Source of the DNA: Bacteroidia bacterium
Lineage (GTDB): Bacteria > Bacteroidota > Bacteroidia > AKYH767-A > OLB10
DNA length: 64,000 bases
Reading direction: 5' to 3'
Assembly (NCBI GenBank): GCA_038320345.1
Contig: JBBQED010000001.1
Coordinates: 194,357 to 258,356 of the forward strand
In this document: piece after piece, positions 18,805 to 29,500 of the stretch
Numbering within the stretch: the first letter of the stretch is position 1
Layout of the letters: every line of letters starts with the position of its first letter
Notes under the pieces: generated by a model
What the model was told of the DNA's origin: nothing
Database searches by the model: none
The model's input: the letters and a program-made list of their open reading frames with translations, nothing else
Made by a program: the position numbers and the translations under genes

Positions 18805-20511
18805 ATGAAAAAGGTGTTTCTTCTCCTTTTACTGTCGTGTTTTACAGGCATTTTGTCTGCCCAAACTGTCGGATTACAGTGGGTAAAACAGCTTGGAGGA
18901 AACGATTATGATGCAGGTAAGGCTATTGCCGTAGATGCTTCCGGAAATGTTTATACAACTGGAGCCTTTTCAGGAACTGCCGATTTTGATCCGGGTCTCG
19001 GCGTTTACAATTTAACTTCTGCTGGAGAAAATGATATCTTCCTTTCTAAGCTAGATGCGTCTGGAAATTTCCAATGGGCAATTCGCATTGGAGGACCTTT
19101 ATTTGACTGGGGACAAGCGCTTTCAATTGATGGAAGTGGAAATATTTATCTGACAGGTTATATTGGAAGTCTGGAAGATTTTAACCTTGCTCCTACAGGA
19201 ACTTTATCGATGTCGGAGCTCGATTTTTTCAATGTCTTTATCACAAAAATTAATTCGGATGGTCAAATTCAATGGTCAGATGATCTTACTGGACAATCCA
19301 CACAAGTAAGTACTTCCCTTGCACTTGATTGGGATGGCAATGTTTATATTTCTGGAAATTTCAGAGGAGAAACCGACTTCGATCCAGGCGCAGGAACATT
19401 TCTTATGACGGCGAATGTTGATACTTTCGATATTTTTGTGTTGAAGTTAACGGGAAGCGGAAACTTTGTTTGGACTAAACAATTTGGAGGTCCTGATTTC
19501 GATTTCGGCAGTGCCTTAGCGGTAGATATGTTGGGAAGCGTTTACATGACCGGCTCTTTTTCAGGAACGGCAGATTTTGATCCAGGTCCAGGTGTGAGTT
19601 CATTAACCTCAGCAGGAAATAACGACGCCTTTGTATTGCGATTAAATGCTTCTGGTGATCTTTTATGGGTGAAACAATTCAGCGGACCTCAAACGGTTGC
19701 TGCTTCCTCCATTGCGCTTGATGCTTCTAATAATATCGTGACTTCTGGTTACTTCGCTGGTCAAGTTGATTTTAATCCTGACAATGCTATTGTGTATTTG
19801 ACTTCAGCAGGGAGTTACGATATCTACATTTCCAAAATCGATCAGAATGGAAATTTTATGTGGATTACCCAGATGGGAGGAGTTGGAACTGATGCCAGTT
19901 ATTCTTTAGAAATTGATCTTGATGGAAACATCTACACTACAGGAACATTCTCAGACGTTGCCGATTTTAATCCTGATCCTATTACTTCAAATAATATCAC
20001 CTCTTATGGTGATTACGATATCTTCCTCTCTAAGCTTGACGCGAATGGCAGTTTCATCAGCGCGAATCAGATGGGTGGCAGTGATTTTAATTCCGCTTAC
20101 AGTCTTTGTGTTGATGCAACAAAGAATATCTATCTAACCGGTCAACTACTTGGAACTTCTGACATGGATCCGGAACAAAGTGGAATATTTATGATTAGTT
20201 CAATTGGTGCTTCCTCTGATATCTTTGTATCTAAGTTGAGTCAGTTTACCGTTGGGTTACATGAAATGGTGAACGCTTCATTTGCTGTCTATCCAAATCC
20301 TTCCACTTCAACATTTACATTATCTGCCCTTCAGCCTTTTCATGATGCAGTTATTAAAGTTATTAACCCAGCAGGACAAACTATTTGTGAGCAATCGGAA
20401 ATAAAGGGTATGCACTATACTGTGGATCTTTCTGCGCTAAAATCGGGCATGTATTTTTTATTGGTTACTGATGGTCAAGAAACATCTAGAACCCGAATTA
20501 TTAAAAACTAA
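18805..20511 (+). CDS. SBBP (beta-propeller) repeat protein with T9SS type A C-terminal sorting domain
   Basis: Repeated 'GG...D.G.AIAVD.SGNVY.TG.F.GT.DFDPG' units are present. The C-terminus is 'VYPNPSTSTFTL...VINPAGQTI...GMYFLLV'. Confidence 0.85.
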   Translation: MKKVFLLLLLSCFTGILSAQTVGLQWVKQLGGNDYDAGKAIAVDASGNVYTTGAFSGTADFDPGLGVYNLTSAGENDIFLSKLDASGNFQWAIRIGGPLFDWGQALSIDGSGNIYLTGYIGSLEDFNLAPTGTLSMSELDFFNVFITKINSDGQIQWSDDLTGQSTQVSTSLALDWDGNVYISGNFRGETDFDPGAGTFLMTANVDTFDIFVLKLTGSGNFVWTKQFGGPDFDFGSALAVDMLGSVYMTGSFSGTADFDPGPGVSSLTSAGNNDAFVLRLNASGDLLWVKQFSGPQTVAASSIALDASNNIVTSGYFAGQVDFNPDNAIVYLTSAGSYDIYISKIDQNGNFMWITQMGGVGTDASYSLEIDLDGNIYTTGTFSDVADFNPDPITSNNITSYGDYDIFLSKLDANGSFISANQMGGSDFNSAYSLCVDATKNIYLTGQLLGTSDMDPEQSGIFMISSIGASSDIFVSKLSQFTVGLHEMVNASFAVYPNPSTSTFTLSALQPFHDAVIKVINPAGQTICEQSEIKGMHYTVDLSALKSGMYFLLVTDGQETSRTRIIKN

Positions 20512-20660
20512 TTCTCTCTTACTATTTTCCCGTTTTATTGCTGATCACTTGATCTAAAGTTTATTCTTACTACTTACGATTTTCTAATTATTCCTCTTTC
20601 CCATTCAGGGAAACTACCTCTATCTTTACTGCTTAATATCTTTTATTGATCTGTCGACTT

Positions 20661-21374
20661 ATGAAATTGATGAGTATCCTTCTTCTTACGCTGATAAGTA
20701 GTCAGCTATGTGCACAACAAATAACCGTGCAGGAGTGGGATCTACAAGCAGAAACTAATAAAAGTATGCTACCAAAGTATGGTAATCTCCCAAAAGATGA
20801 AACAGAGTTACAAGCTGATTCTTTGTTTTTTGTTACGATAGCAGAGAAAGACAATTCCAGAATCTCTGCTTCAAAAGAGCTCATTAAATTAGGATTTACT
20901 AATCTCTATCGCAACGAAGTAAAAATAGCAATGTATCGTTTTAATCAAGCGTATTTACTCGACTCTTTAAATTCAGATATTTACTGGGGATTTGCAGCAG
21001 TGTACATGACCATTGGAGCTGCTGATCGTGCTAAGTTGAAGTATGAAGAAGGGCTGAAAATGAATCCACAAAACACGCACCTATTAACCGATTACGGAAC
21101 TTATTATATGTCGCTCTATTTTGAAAGCAAGAATATGGATTCAAAAAAAGCGGGTGAATATCTGAATGCTGCTCTTAAAAATCTGAATGCCTCTTATAAA
21201 CTTGATGCCTTAGATGAAAACACCACCTTTAAGCTTTCGGTCTGTTATTGGAGCAAAAATGAGTGTGATAAAGCGTGGAGATTCCATGATGAATGTAAAA
21301 CTCTCGGAGGGCGACCTATATCAGAAGAATATACTAATGAATTACTGAAATCGTGTAAAAGAAAGGTAAAATGA
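20661..21374 (+). CDS. secreted TPR-like protein
   Basis: The signal peptide is 'MKLMSILLLTLISSQLCAQQ'. Helical-repeat-like segments include 'AMYRFNQAYLLDSLNSDIYWGFAAVY' and 'AKLKYEEGLKMNPQNTHLLTDYG'. The track start at 20646 is TTG. Confidence 0.5.
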   Translation: MKLMSILLLTLISSQLCAQQITVQEWDLQAETNKSMLPKYGNLPKDETELQADSLFFVTIAEKDNSRISASKELIKLGFTNLYRNEVKIAMYRFNQAYLLDSLNSDIYWGFAAVYMTIGAADRAKLKYEEGLKMNPQNTHLLTDYGTYYMSLYFESKNMDSKKAGEYLNAALKNLNASYKLDALDENTTFKLSVCYWSKNECDKAWRFHDECKTLGGRPISEEYTNELLKSCKRKVK

Positions 21375-21396
21375 ATTTGACTGCTCGATAGAACTT

Positions 21397-22167
21397 ATGA
21401 AACAATTATTTTCTCTGCTGTTATTTTTATGCTCGATATCGACTATGATCGCACAAAAACCTTCTAAGAAAATACTGAAGGATTTAATCTATAATGAGGA
21501 TACTTTAACACTTCGAGAATATTTAGAAAACGGTTTTGATTTACAAGAACAATGTTTTGCACACGGCAATACTCTTATTCATTATGCCCTTTATCAAAGA
21601 AAATCAGATGTTGCGAATTGGTTAATTAAAAATGGGGTTCCTTGTGATTTAAAAAATAATCTTGGCTTTACCCCTCTCGGCTTAGCCATTATTAATCGCG
21701 ATTATGTGCTCATGAATTTGATGCTAAATCAAGTTTGCAATGTATCCACACCAGGTTATATGGGAAATACAGCCATCAGCAATGTATTGTTCAATTTTCA
21801 GAAAAGTAAAAATAGAGCAGTTGAATATAGTGCCTTACAAAGATTGCTTCATTTCGATAAAAACATCAATTACACTTGCCCAAAATATAAAAATACTAGC
21901 TATATGATGCAATGTGTTTCATGGGCAGATACGCTTGCTGCAAAAATGCTCACTACGCACGACATTCAGCTTAATACAAGAGACCGTAAAGGTATGACTG
22001 CTTTGCACTATGCCGTCCAACTAAATAAACCCGATTTCGTCTCCTTTCTAATTTCACAAGGTGCAAGTACAAGTATTAAAAACAATAATGGTAAAACTCC
22101 TGTTGATCTGGCAAAAAAGAAAAGGAACGACAGTATCCTCAGTTTGCTAAATTCCAATAAAAATTGA
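21397..22167 (+). CDS. ankyrin repeat protein with N-terminal signal peptide
   Basis: 'GNTLIHYALYQRKSDVANWLIKNGVPCDLKNNLGFTPLGLA' and 'KGMTALHYAVQLNKPDFVSFLISQGASTSIKNNNGKTPVDLA' are ankyrin repeats. The signal peptide is 'MKQLFSLLLFLCSISTMIAQ'. Confidence 0.8.
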   Translation: MKQLFSLLLFLCSISTMIAQKPSKKILKDLIYNEDTLTLREYLENGFDLQEQCFAHGNTLIHYALYQRKSDVANWLIKNGVPCDLKNNLGFTPLGLAIINRDYVLMNLMLNQVCNVSTPGYMGNTAISNVLFNFQKSKNRAVEYSALQRLLHFDKNINYTCPKYKNTSYMMQCVSWADTLAAKMLTTHDIQLNTRDRKGMTALHYAVQLNKPDFVSFLISQGASTSIKNNNGKTPVDLAKKKRNDSILSLLNSNKN

Positions 22168-22276
22168 TCTGCGCATCGCATTATCTTGATGTTTTATAGG
22201 AAAGGTCCTAATTAATTTGGATTTACTTTGTTACTAATTTGATTCTTTCTAAATTTACACTACAATACCTAATCTC

Positions 22277-22819
22277 ATGAAAACGAAAAAAATCCTCTTT
22301 TTAGCTGTTGCTGTGGGAACTGCTGCAGTTTTTAATTCTTGCGAAAAATCAAAGGTTGATGTGTCCTTTAACCTTGACATTGCTAATGTTTATTTGGTAG
22401 TTGATACTACTTCACAATTTGGAACTGTGGATCTAGCGAATACACAGTTTCAATCAGATCTTCAACAAAAACTCGACGATAATAATGCAAGTATTAACGA
22501 TATTGAATCGATCACTTTAACTAGTGCAGATCTTGTAATGGTAAATCCAGGATCCCAGAATTTTGACATCGTGGATAAAGCCTATGGCCTGATGTCAGCT
22601 TCTGGACTCTCTGAAACTCAGGTGGCCTTCTTAGATCCAGTTCCTGATGGAGTAACGGAGATCGCTATGTCAACAGGAGACGCAAATCTTAAAGAATACC
22701 TCAAACAAAGTGTAGTAAACTTCAGAGTAACCGGAACTACGAATGCTCCAAATACTCAAGCTGATAGTATTGAAGCGCGTTTAACATTTAAAGTAAAAGC
22801 GAAAATTGATCCCTTGTAA
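22277..22819 (+). CDS. hypothetical lipoprotein
   Basis: The signal peptide ends in the lipobox-like 'AVFNSC'. I recognised no domain. A strong terminator follows the gene. Confidence 0.5.
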   Translation: MKTKKILFLAVAVGTAAVFNSCEKSKVDVSFNLDIANVYLVVDTTSQFGTVDLANTQFQSDLQQKLDDNNASINDIESITLTSADLVMVNPGSQNFDIVDKAYGLMSASGLSETQVAFLDPVPDGVTEIAMSTGDANLKEYLKQSVVNFRVTGTTNAPNTQADSIEARLTFKVKAKIDPL

Positions 22820-22842
22820 GAATTGAATCTTATTTAAATCCA

Positions 22843-22877
22843 AATGCCTGTCAACCCATTGACAGGCATTTTTTTTA
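22843..22877 (+). terminator. rho-independent terminator
   Basis: A 12-bp perfect stem AATGCCTGTCAA/TTGACAGGCATT with loop CCCA is followed by seven T. It starts 24 nt after the stop at 22819. Confidence 0.85.
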
Positions 22878-23551
22878 CATTTAATTTTCATTCTTGATTT
22901 TACCTTTTTATCCTGATTTTTTAGCGCTCTATATTTCGCTTTATAAAAGTCAATTGAGAATTCTGGTAATCACGAAAAAAATATACGTTCTTGAAAATTC
23001 AAAGCAGGAATGTATGGTATGATGCTTTTGTGCAATTACCAACCAGAAGTAGCTAGAGTACTTGTTTCTCAATAATACTTAGATCTTGTTTCGCTCTGTT
23101 TTTTATTAAAAAATATCTTGTACAATAATGACACTAATCTTCCTTAACCATTTTTGATATCTTTTAATTCTAGAAATCAAAAATCAGTTTATATCGAAAA
23201 AAATTTCAAAAAATGTATTCCGTTTTATTACATGTTGTTTATCTACTCTTAAAAATCAAAGAGCGGAACTCTTAGATCTGTATTCAATATTGTTTAATTA
23301 CTGCTAAACTACTGTAGTTTATTTATTCCCTCTTATAACTTGATATCAAGGTTGTTAAGTAGTTCGAAATCCTGTTAATTTTTCTCTAACAGAATATCAC
23401 TTTTTACTTTAATTCGAAAAGAGTTACAATTCAATCAGATCATTACAGACAATTTTACCTGTGAATTTTTACTGCTGCATTAATTCGCAACTTCTCATAG
23501 GCGTAAGCGTTACGTTCCTGTTATCAGAAAAATAGTTTATCCATAACTAAC

Positions 23552-26500
23552 GTGAAGCAAGTGAAAACAAAAATAAAATTATTGAGTCCAGTTCTGCAAA
23601 AAACTGAAATACTAAAATATAAATTTTTTAGTATAATAGTATTAGTGCTATTGCTAACACTACCTCAATTGGTATTGGCAACTACCGTTAATACGCTCAA
23701 CTCCTCTGGAGCATGGGAGACGGATGTGAACTGGTCGTTAGGACACCGTCCAACAAATTCAGAAGATGCAGTTATTCCAGCTAACATCTCCGTAAACATA
23801 AACTCAGCTGCAATATGTGCAAGTCTGACAATTGGTGATGGGAATTTTTCATCAGCAGTTACGATTAACGGATCAAACAGTTTAACTACGACTCTTGCAG
23901 GAGGAGGGACAGGAGATCTCTCTTTTAATACTACCAATAATAGTAATTCGTATTCATTATCTGCTGGGGCTGGTTCAATTGTTATTGCAGGTACTGTGCT
24001 TTCAGGCGGAAATAATGGTGGAAGCATTACGGTTAGTACAGGAAGTATTTCCTTCATTAACGCTGCCGGTATGACATGGGGAACTGCCATCAACTTAACA
24101 GTAAGTGGTGCAGGTAGTGCTTCATTTACAGGGCCACTTAATCTATCAACAAGTTCTGCAGGAAGCACAACCTTCCTCTTGACCTCCACAGGAAACTTTA
24201 CATTCAATGGTCTAGTAACGCAAAGTGATGCAACCTATACCTTATCTAATACAACAACTGCGGGAACCATTAATTTTAATGGAGGATATAATTTTAGTGC
24301 AGGTGCCTTTACTACATTATCAGGTGAGACGATCAACTTTGCAGGTAATTTAACAGTTACAGATACTCCTATTAATTTTGCATCTGGAAGTAATACTGTT
24401 TTCACGGGATCAGCCACAATCACTCCTTTAGCAACAGTTGCCTTTGGAAATTTTAGAATTAATTCTGGTGTAACAGTAACTGCTGCAGGAGATCTCTCTG
24501 TAATTGGAAACTGGACTAATAACGGAGGAACATTTACTCCCGGAATCAATACAGTAACTTTTAATGGAACTGCTGCGCAAGCCATAAACGGCACCTCTCC
24601 AAGTCAGAGTTTTTACAATATAACACTTGGATTAACCGCTGGTCAAGCGCTGAGTGTTTCTGGTAGCACGACTACATTAACTACACAAAATTTTACACAG
24701 ACAACCGGAGATTTCTCTGCAGGAACAGCTACTTCTGTTAACATCAATGGAAATTTAACTATTGCTTCAGGAACATATACACCAGGAACTACAACCAATA
24801 TCACAGGTGATTTTAGTAATGCGGGTACCTATACTGCAGCAGCAACAAAAACGATTGCATTTGTAGGAGCTAGTAACAGTACTGTGACCGGTTTGGGAAC
24901 ATACACGATCTTTAACTTTACGTTAAATAAATCATCAAAGACAACAATCGTAGATCTACAGTCCGCTAATTTTATTACTGGAATCAACACAGGTAATGTT
25001 TATAATTTTACGTTCACACAAGGAACACTAAAATACAATAACTCAGCTACTCTCACTGATTGCCATAACAATGGAGTTACTACTGCATTAACTATCCCCT
25101 TTAATGTGGTGATTGAATCTAACGCTGGTACCATGAATCTTTGCAAATCAGGAACCATGACCGGTACTGCGTCTAATGTTGTATTGTCAGGAGCACTATA
25201 CATTAACGGAGGAAGTGTTTTGGTTCTAAGAAGTACTACTACTGTCGATTTTCAGTATCGGGTGAATGGAGGAACGCCTCAACTATATATTACGAGCGGT
25301 AATTTAAGTTTGGGAGGTGGATTCAATTATAACCCTACTACGGCTGTGGATTATATTGATTTCAGTATGACTGGTGGAACTGTAAATACGGGTACAACCC
25401 CAACCAATCTCGCAACTTTCGCATTGGGGAATTATACTGGAGGAAAGACTAACATGACTGGAGGTATCATCTATCTGGAAGATGCAACTACAGGAAACTA
25501 TCCAGATATTGATTTGGGAGGAAGTAATGTATCACCATATAATGTTAGCGGGGGAACTGTACAATTTGGTACTGCGGGAACAGCAGGTTCTACCATTTTT
25601 GCTTTCCAAGCTTATTCATCAACTAATTACCCTCACTTTCTTTTAGCTTCGGGTATTGCGAAACAGGTAGTAGTATTTAATAATTCTGATTACAAAGTAT
25701 TAAGTCTGACAATTAGTTCCGGCATGACCTTCGACAATCGTGATTATTTGACGAGTACAGATAATCATAGAATGACAATAATGTCGAATAACGGCAGTAG
25801 CTCCTTCTCCAATTCAGGAACTTTTACCCCACGAACCGGAACCATTGAATTTACTGGAACCGCCAACCAAATAATTAACGGGTCTAATGCTACACTCACA
25901 CTTTACAATGTGATTATAAATAATTCTGGAGGAGCAGGTACTTCCATAGCCGGTAGCATAACGACATTTAACACTCAAAATTTTACGGAAACTGCAGGAA
26001 ACTTTAATCCTGGAACAGCCGCTACAATGACCATTACCGGAAACACAACACTAACCTCTGGAACATTCACTGCACCTACCACTCTAAATGTAAAAGGAAA
26101 CTGGACAAACAATGGTGGAACATTTAGCCCCGGAACGAATACCGTAAACTTTACGGGTACGGCAACACAATCCATCACAGGAACTTCAAGCTCTGAAACA
26201 TTCTATAATGTTGTTCTTGCAAAAACCGCAGGTCAAGTATTAAACACCGCTGGAAGTATTTCCTCTATAACCACGAATAATCTAACGATGACTACTGGTA
26301 ATTTCACTGCTCCCGCAACACTTAATATCAACGCTACTTCTAACTCCTTATTGACTTTAACAGCTGGTACTTTTACAGCTGGTACAACAATCAATATCAA
26401 CGGTAATTGGACCAACAATGGCGGAACATTTACTCCTGGTACTGGAACTGTAAACTTTACAGGTACTGGAACACAAAACATTAATGGAACAGCTACAGCA

Positions 26501-29500
26501 CAAACCTTCTATAACCTTGTTGTGGCAAAAACATCCGGACAATTACTTACTCCGAATGGATCTACGACTACTTTAACCACTCAAGATTTCACAGCAACTT
26601 CGGGGAATTTTACTGCTCCAGCTACAATGAATATCAATGGTAACTATACGTTAATGGATGGAACATATACTGCCGGAAGCAATACCAATGTAAAAGGAGA
26701 CTGGTCGCATTCTTCTTCAGGAACAGCCCTTTTTATTCCGGGGATCAACTCCGTTACTTTTAATGGAACAGGCGCTCAAAGTATTAAAGGAACTGCCACG
26801 TCAGAAACATTTTACAATGTAATAGTAAATAAAACAGCCGGTACATTACTAAATACTAGCGGAAATATTACTTCAATTACAACCAATAATTTCACCAATA
26901 CCCTAGGTAATTTTACAGCTCCAGCAACGTTGAATATCACTTCCACATCAACCTCCGCTTTAACAATGACCACTGGCACATTTACGGCAGGGGCAACCAT
27001 TAATATCAATGGAAATTGGACCAACAATGGAGGAACATTTACCCCGAGTACCAATACTGTTAATTTTACTGGAACAGCTGCACAGAGTATAAACGGGACT
27101 ACGGCGGCTCAAAATTTCTATAATGTGGTCGTTCTTAAAACAGCTGGTCAATTATTAAATACAGGCGGTAGTGTAACTTCTATAACTACCAATAACCTTA
27201 CTGTGACATCTGGTAACTTTACTGCTCCTGCCACTTTAAATATCAATTCTACAACAGCGTCCAATCTAACCTTAACTGCAGGAACGTTTACTGCCGGTAC
27301 GACGGTTAATATTACGGGTGATTGGATTAACAATGGGGGAACATTTACTCCTGGTACCAATACTATTAATTTTGTAGGAACAGGATCACAAAGTATTAGA
27401 GGTACTGCTGCTTCCCAAACTTTTTATCATGTAGTCGTCAATAAAACAGCTGGTCAGTTGTTAAATACTGCCGGATCGACAACTACGCTGACAACACAAA
27501 ATCTTACGAATACTCAAGGAAATTTTACGGCACCAGCTACACTAAATATTAATGGAAATTACACACTAACGGATGGTACATTTACTGCTGGTACCACAAT
27601 TAATTCCAAAGGAAATTGGACTCATGCCTCCATTGGCTCCGCTGTTTTTTCTCCAGGAACAAATACCGTAAATTTCAGTGGAACTGGAGCTCAGACTATA
27701 AATGGCACAGCAACATCAGAAACCTTTTATAATGTTATAATTGCTAAAACAGCCGGGCAATTACTAAACACCGGTGGAAGCATAATTACTATCACAACAA
27801 ATAACCTGACTGAGACAACTGGAAATTTTACGGCACCTACTACACTCAATATTAATGCAACATCAACAGCTTCGCTTCTGTTAACTGCAGGAACTTTTAC
27901 TGCTGGTACAACAGTTAATATTAACGGCGACTGGACAAACAACGGTGGAACTTTTACACCTTCAACCAGCACGGTCAACTTTACAGGTACAGGTGCGCAA
28001 AGTATAAAAGGAACTGCAGTTGCTCAAACTTTCTATCATGTAAATGTCGCTAAAACAGCGGGTCAGTTATTAAACACTTCAGGATCTACAGTAACGTTAA
28101 CAACGCAAAATCTTAGTCAGACAACAGGGAACTTCACTGCGCCATCGACTCTAAATATCAATGGAAATTTAACAATTGCAGATGGTACCTTCACAGCAGG
28201 TACAACCATAAATGCAAAAGGCGATTGGGTCCATAATTCTGGTGTCTCTGCACTGTTTACCCCTGGATTAAACACAGTGAATTTTACTGGTACGGGAACA
28301 CAGCAATTAAAAGGAACTGCAATATCAGAAACTTTTTATAATGTGGTGATCAATAAAACTGCAGCCAGTCTATTGAACTCCTCAGGAAGCATTGCCACTA
28401 TGACCGTAAATAATCTGACCAATACACAAGGTGATTTTACAGCTCCTGCTACATTGACTATCAATGGAAATTACATTTTAACAAATGGAACTTTTACTGC
28501 TGGGGCAAATATCAATATAAAAGGAAACTGGACACACGCAACATTAGCTTCAGCTATTTTTAGTTCTGGAACAGGAATAGTAAGTTTTATTGGAACAGGT
28601 GCACAAACAATAAACGGAACAAAAACTTCCGAAACGTTCTCTACGCTTGAAATCAATAAAACTATTGGTACCACACTCAATACTGGTGGAAGTGTAGTAA
28701 CCATAAACACCTTAAATTTGATTCAGACTCAAGGAAATTTCACGGCTCCTGCCACATTTACTGCAAATGGTGATTTAACTTTAACTACAGGAACTTTCAC
28801 TGCTGGGGCTACAATGAATATAAAAGGCAATTGGAATAACAATGGCGGCACTTTTACTCCCGGAACGAATACAGTAAATTTCAATGGATCAGCAAATGCA
28901 CAAACTATAGGTGGAAGCTCCGCTACTACTTTTTATAATATCAATACTAATAATACATACACTACATCTCCTCAATTTACTATCGGGATTAATACCACAA
29001 TAAGCAATCAATTTACAATGACTGCAGGTGAAATTAATCTCTCAACGAATACGCTAACATTAGGAACTTCCGCTGCAGCCCCTGGCTCGCTAGTATGCAC
29101 ACCTTCCTCTTCGAATTTTATGGGTGGAGGTAATTTTAAAAGATGGTTTAATACCACAACTATTGCTGCCGGAAACGTAAGAGGATTATTCCCAATGGGA
29201 ACAATAAGTGGAGATTATTATGCGCCCATGTATTTATCGACACCTGTAAGTGCTCCAACAACAGGGGGAACTATTACAGCTTCTTTCACGGATGCTTCTA
29301 CAAAAACAGATGTGAATATTACTGATGGTGCTTCCACCATTGAAAGAAGAAATGATGCCAATTGGACTATGGTTACTGCGAATGGACTTGCTGGTGGTAC
29401 CTACAATTTGGTTGCTGAAAGAACATTCTGCGCGATCTGTGTGGGAGATGTAAACGACCTTAGATTAATGCTTGCAAATAGCGTGGTGGGTACTGCAGGA

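Noticed and set aside
23665-28710. A series of minus-strand ORFs of 61-180 aa (Val/Pro-rich, e.g. 23665-24207, 24235-24594, 26233-26481, 27727-27978) lies opposite the giant gene.
   Set aside because: They are the reverse-complement shadow of the Thr/Asn/Gly codon repeats (ACN/AAY/GGN read backwards give Val/Gly/Pro). They repeat with the same ~303-nt period and have no independent signals. The plus-strand ORF is continuous for 6.6 kb with recognisable N- and C-terminal domains.
25835-28864. Regular ~303-nt direct repeats might have suggested a CRISPR-like or satellite array.
   Set aside because: The repeats are contiguous with no spacers, stay in frame, are diverged at synonymous and non-synonymous sites, and lie inside a single long ORF. 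They are coding tandem repeats.
25835-28864. The repeat units show many N-x-T/S sequons, suggesting heavy N-glycosylation.
   Set aside because: I counted about 5 sequons in a 102-aa unit. That is roughly what the Asn and Ser/Thr composition predicts by chance. The known Bacteroidota O-glycosylation motif needs Asp, which is nearly absent here.
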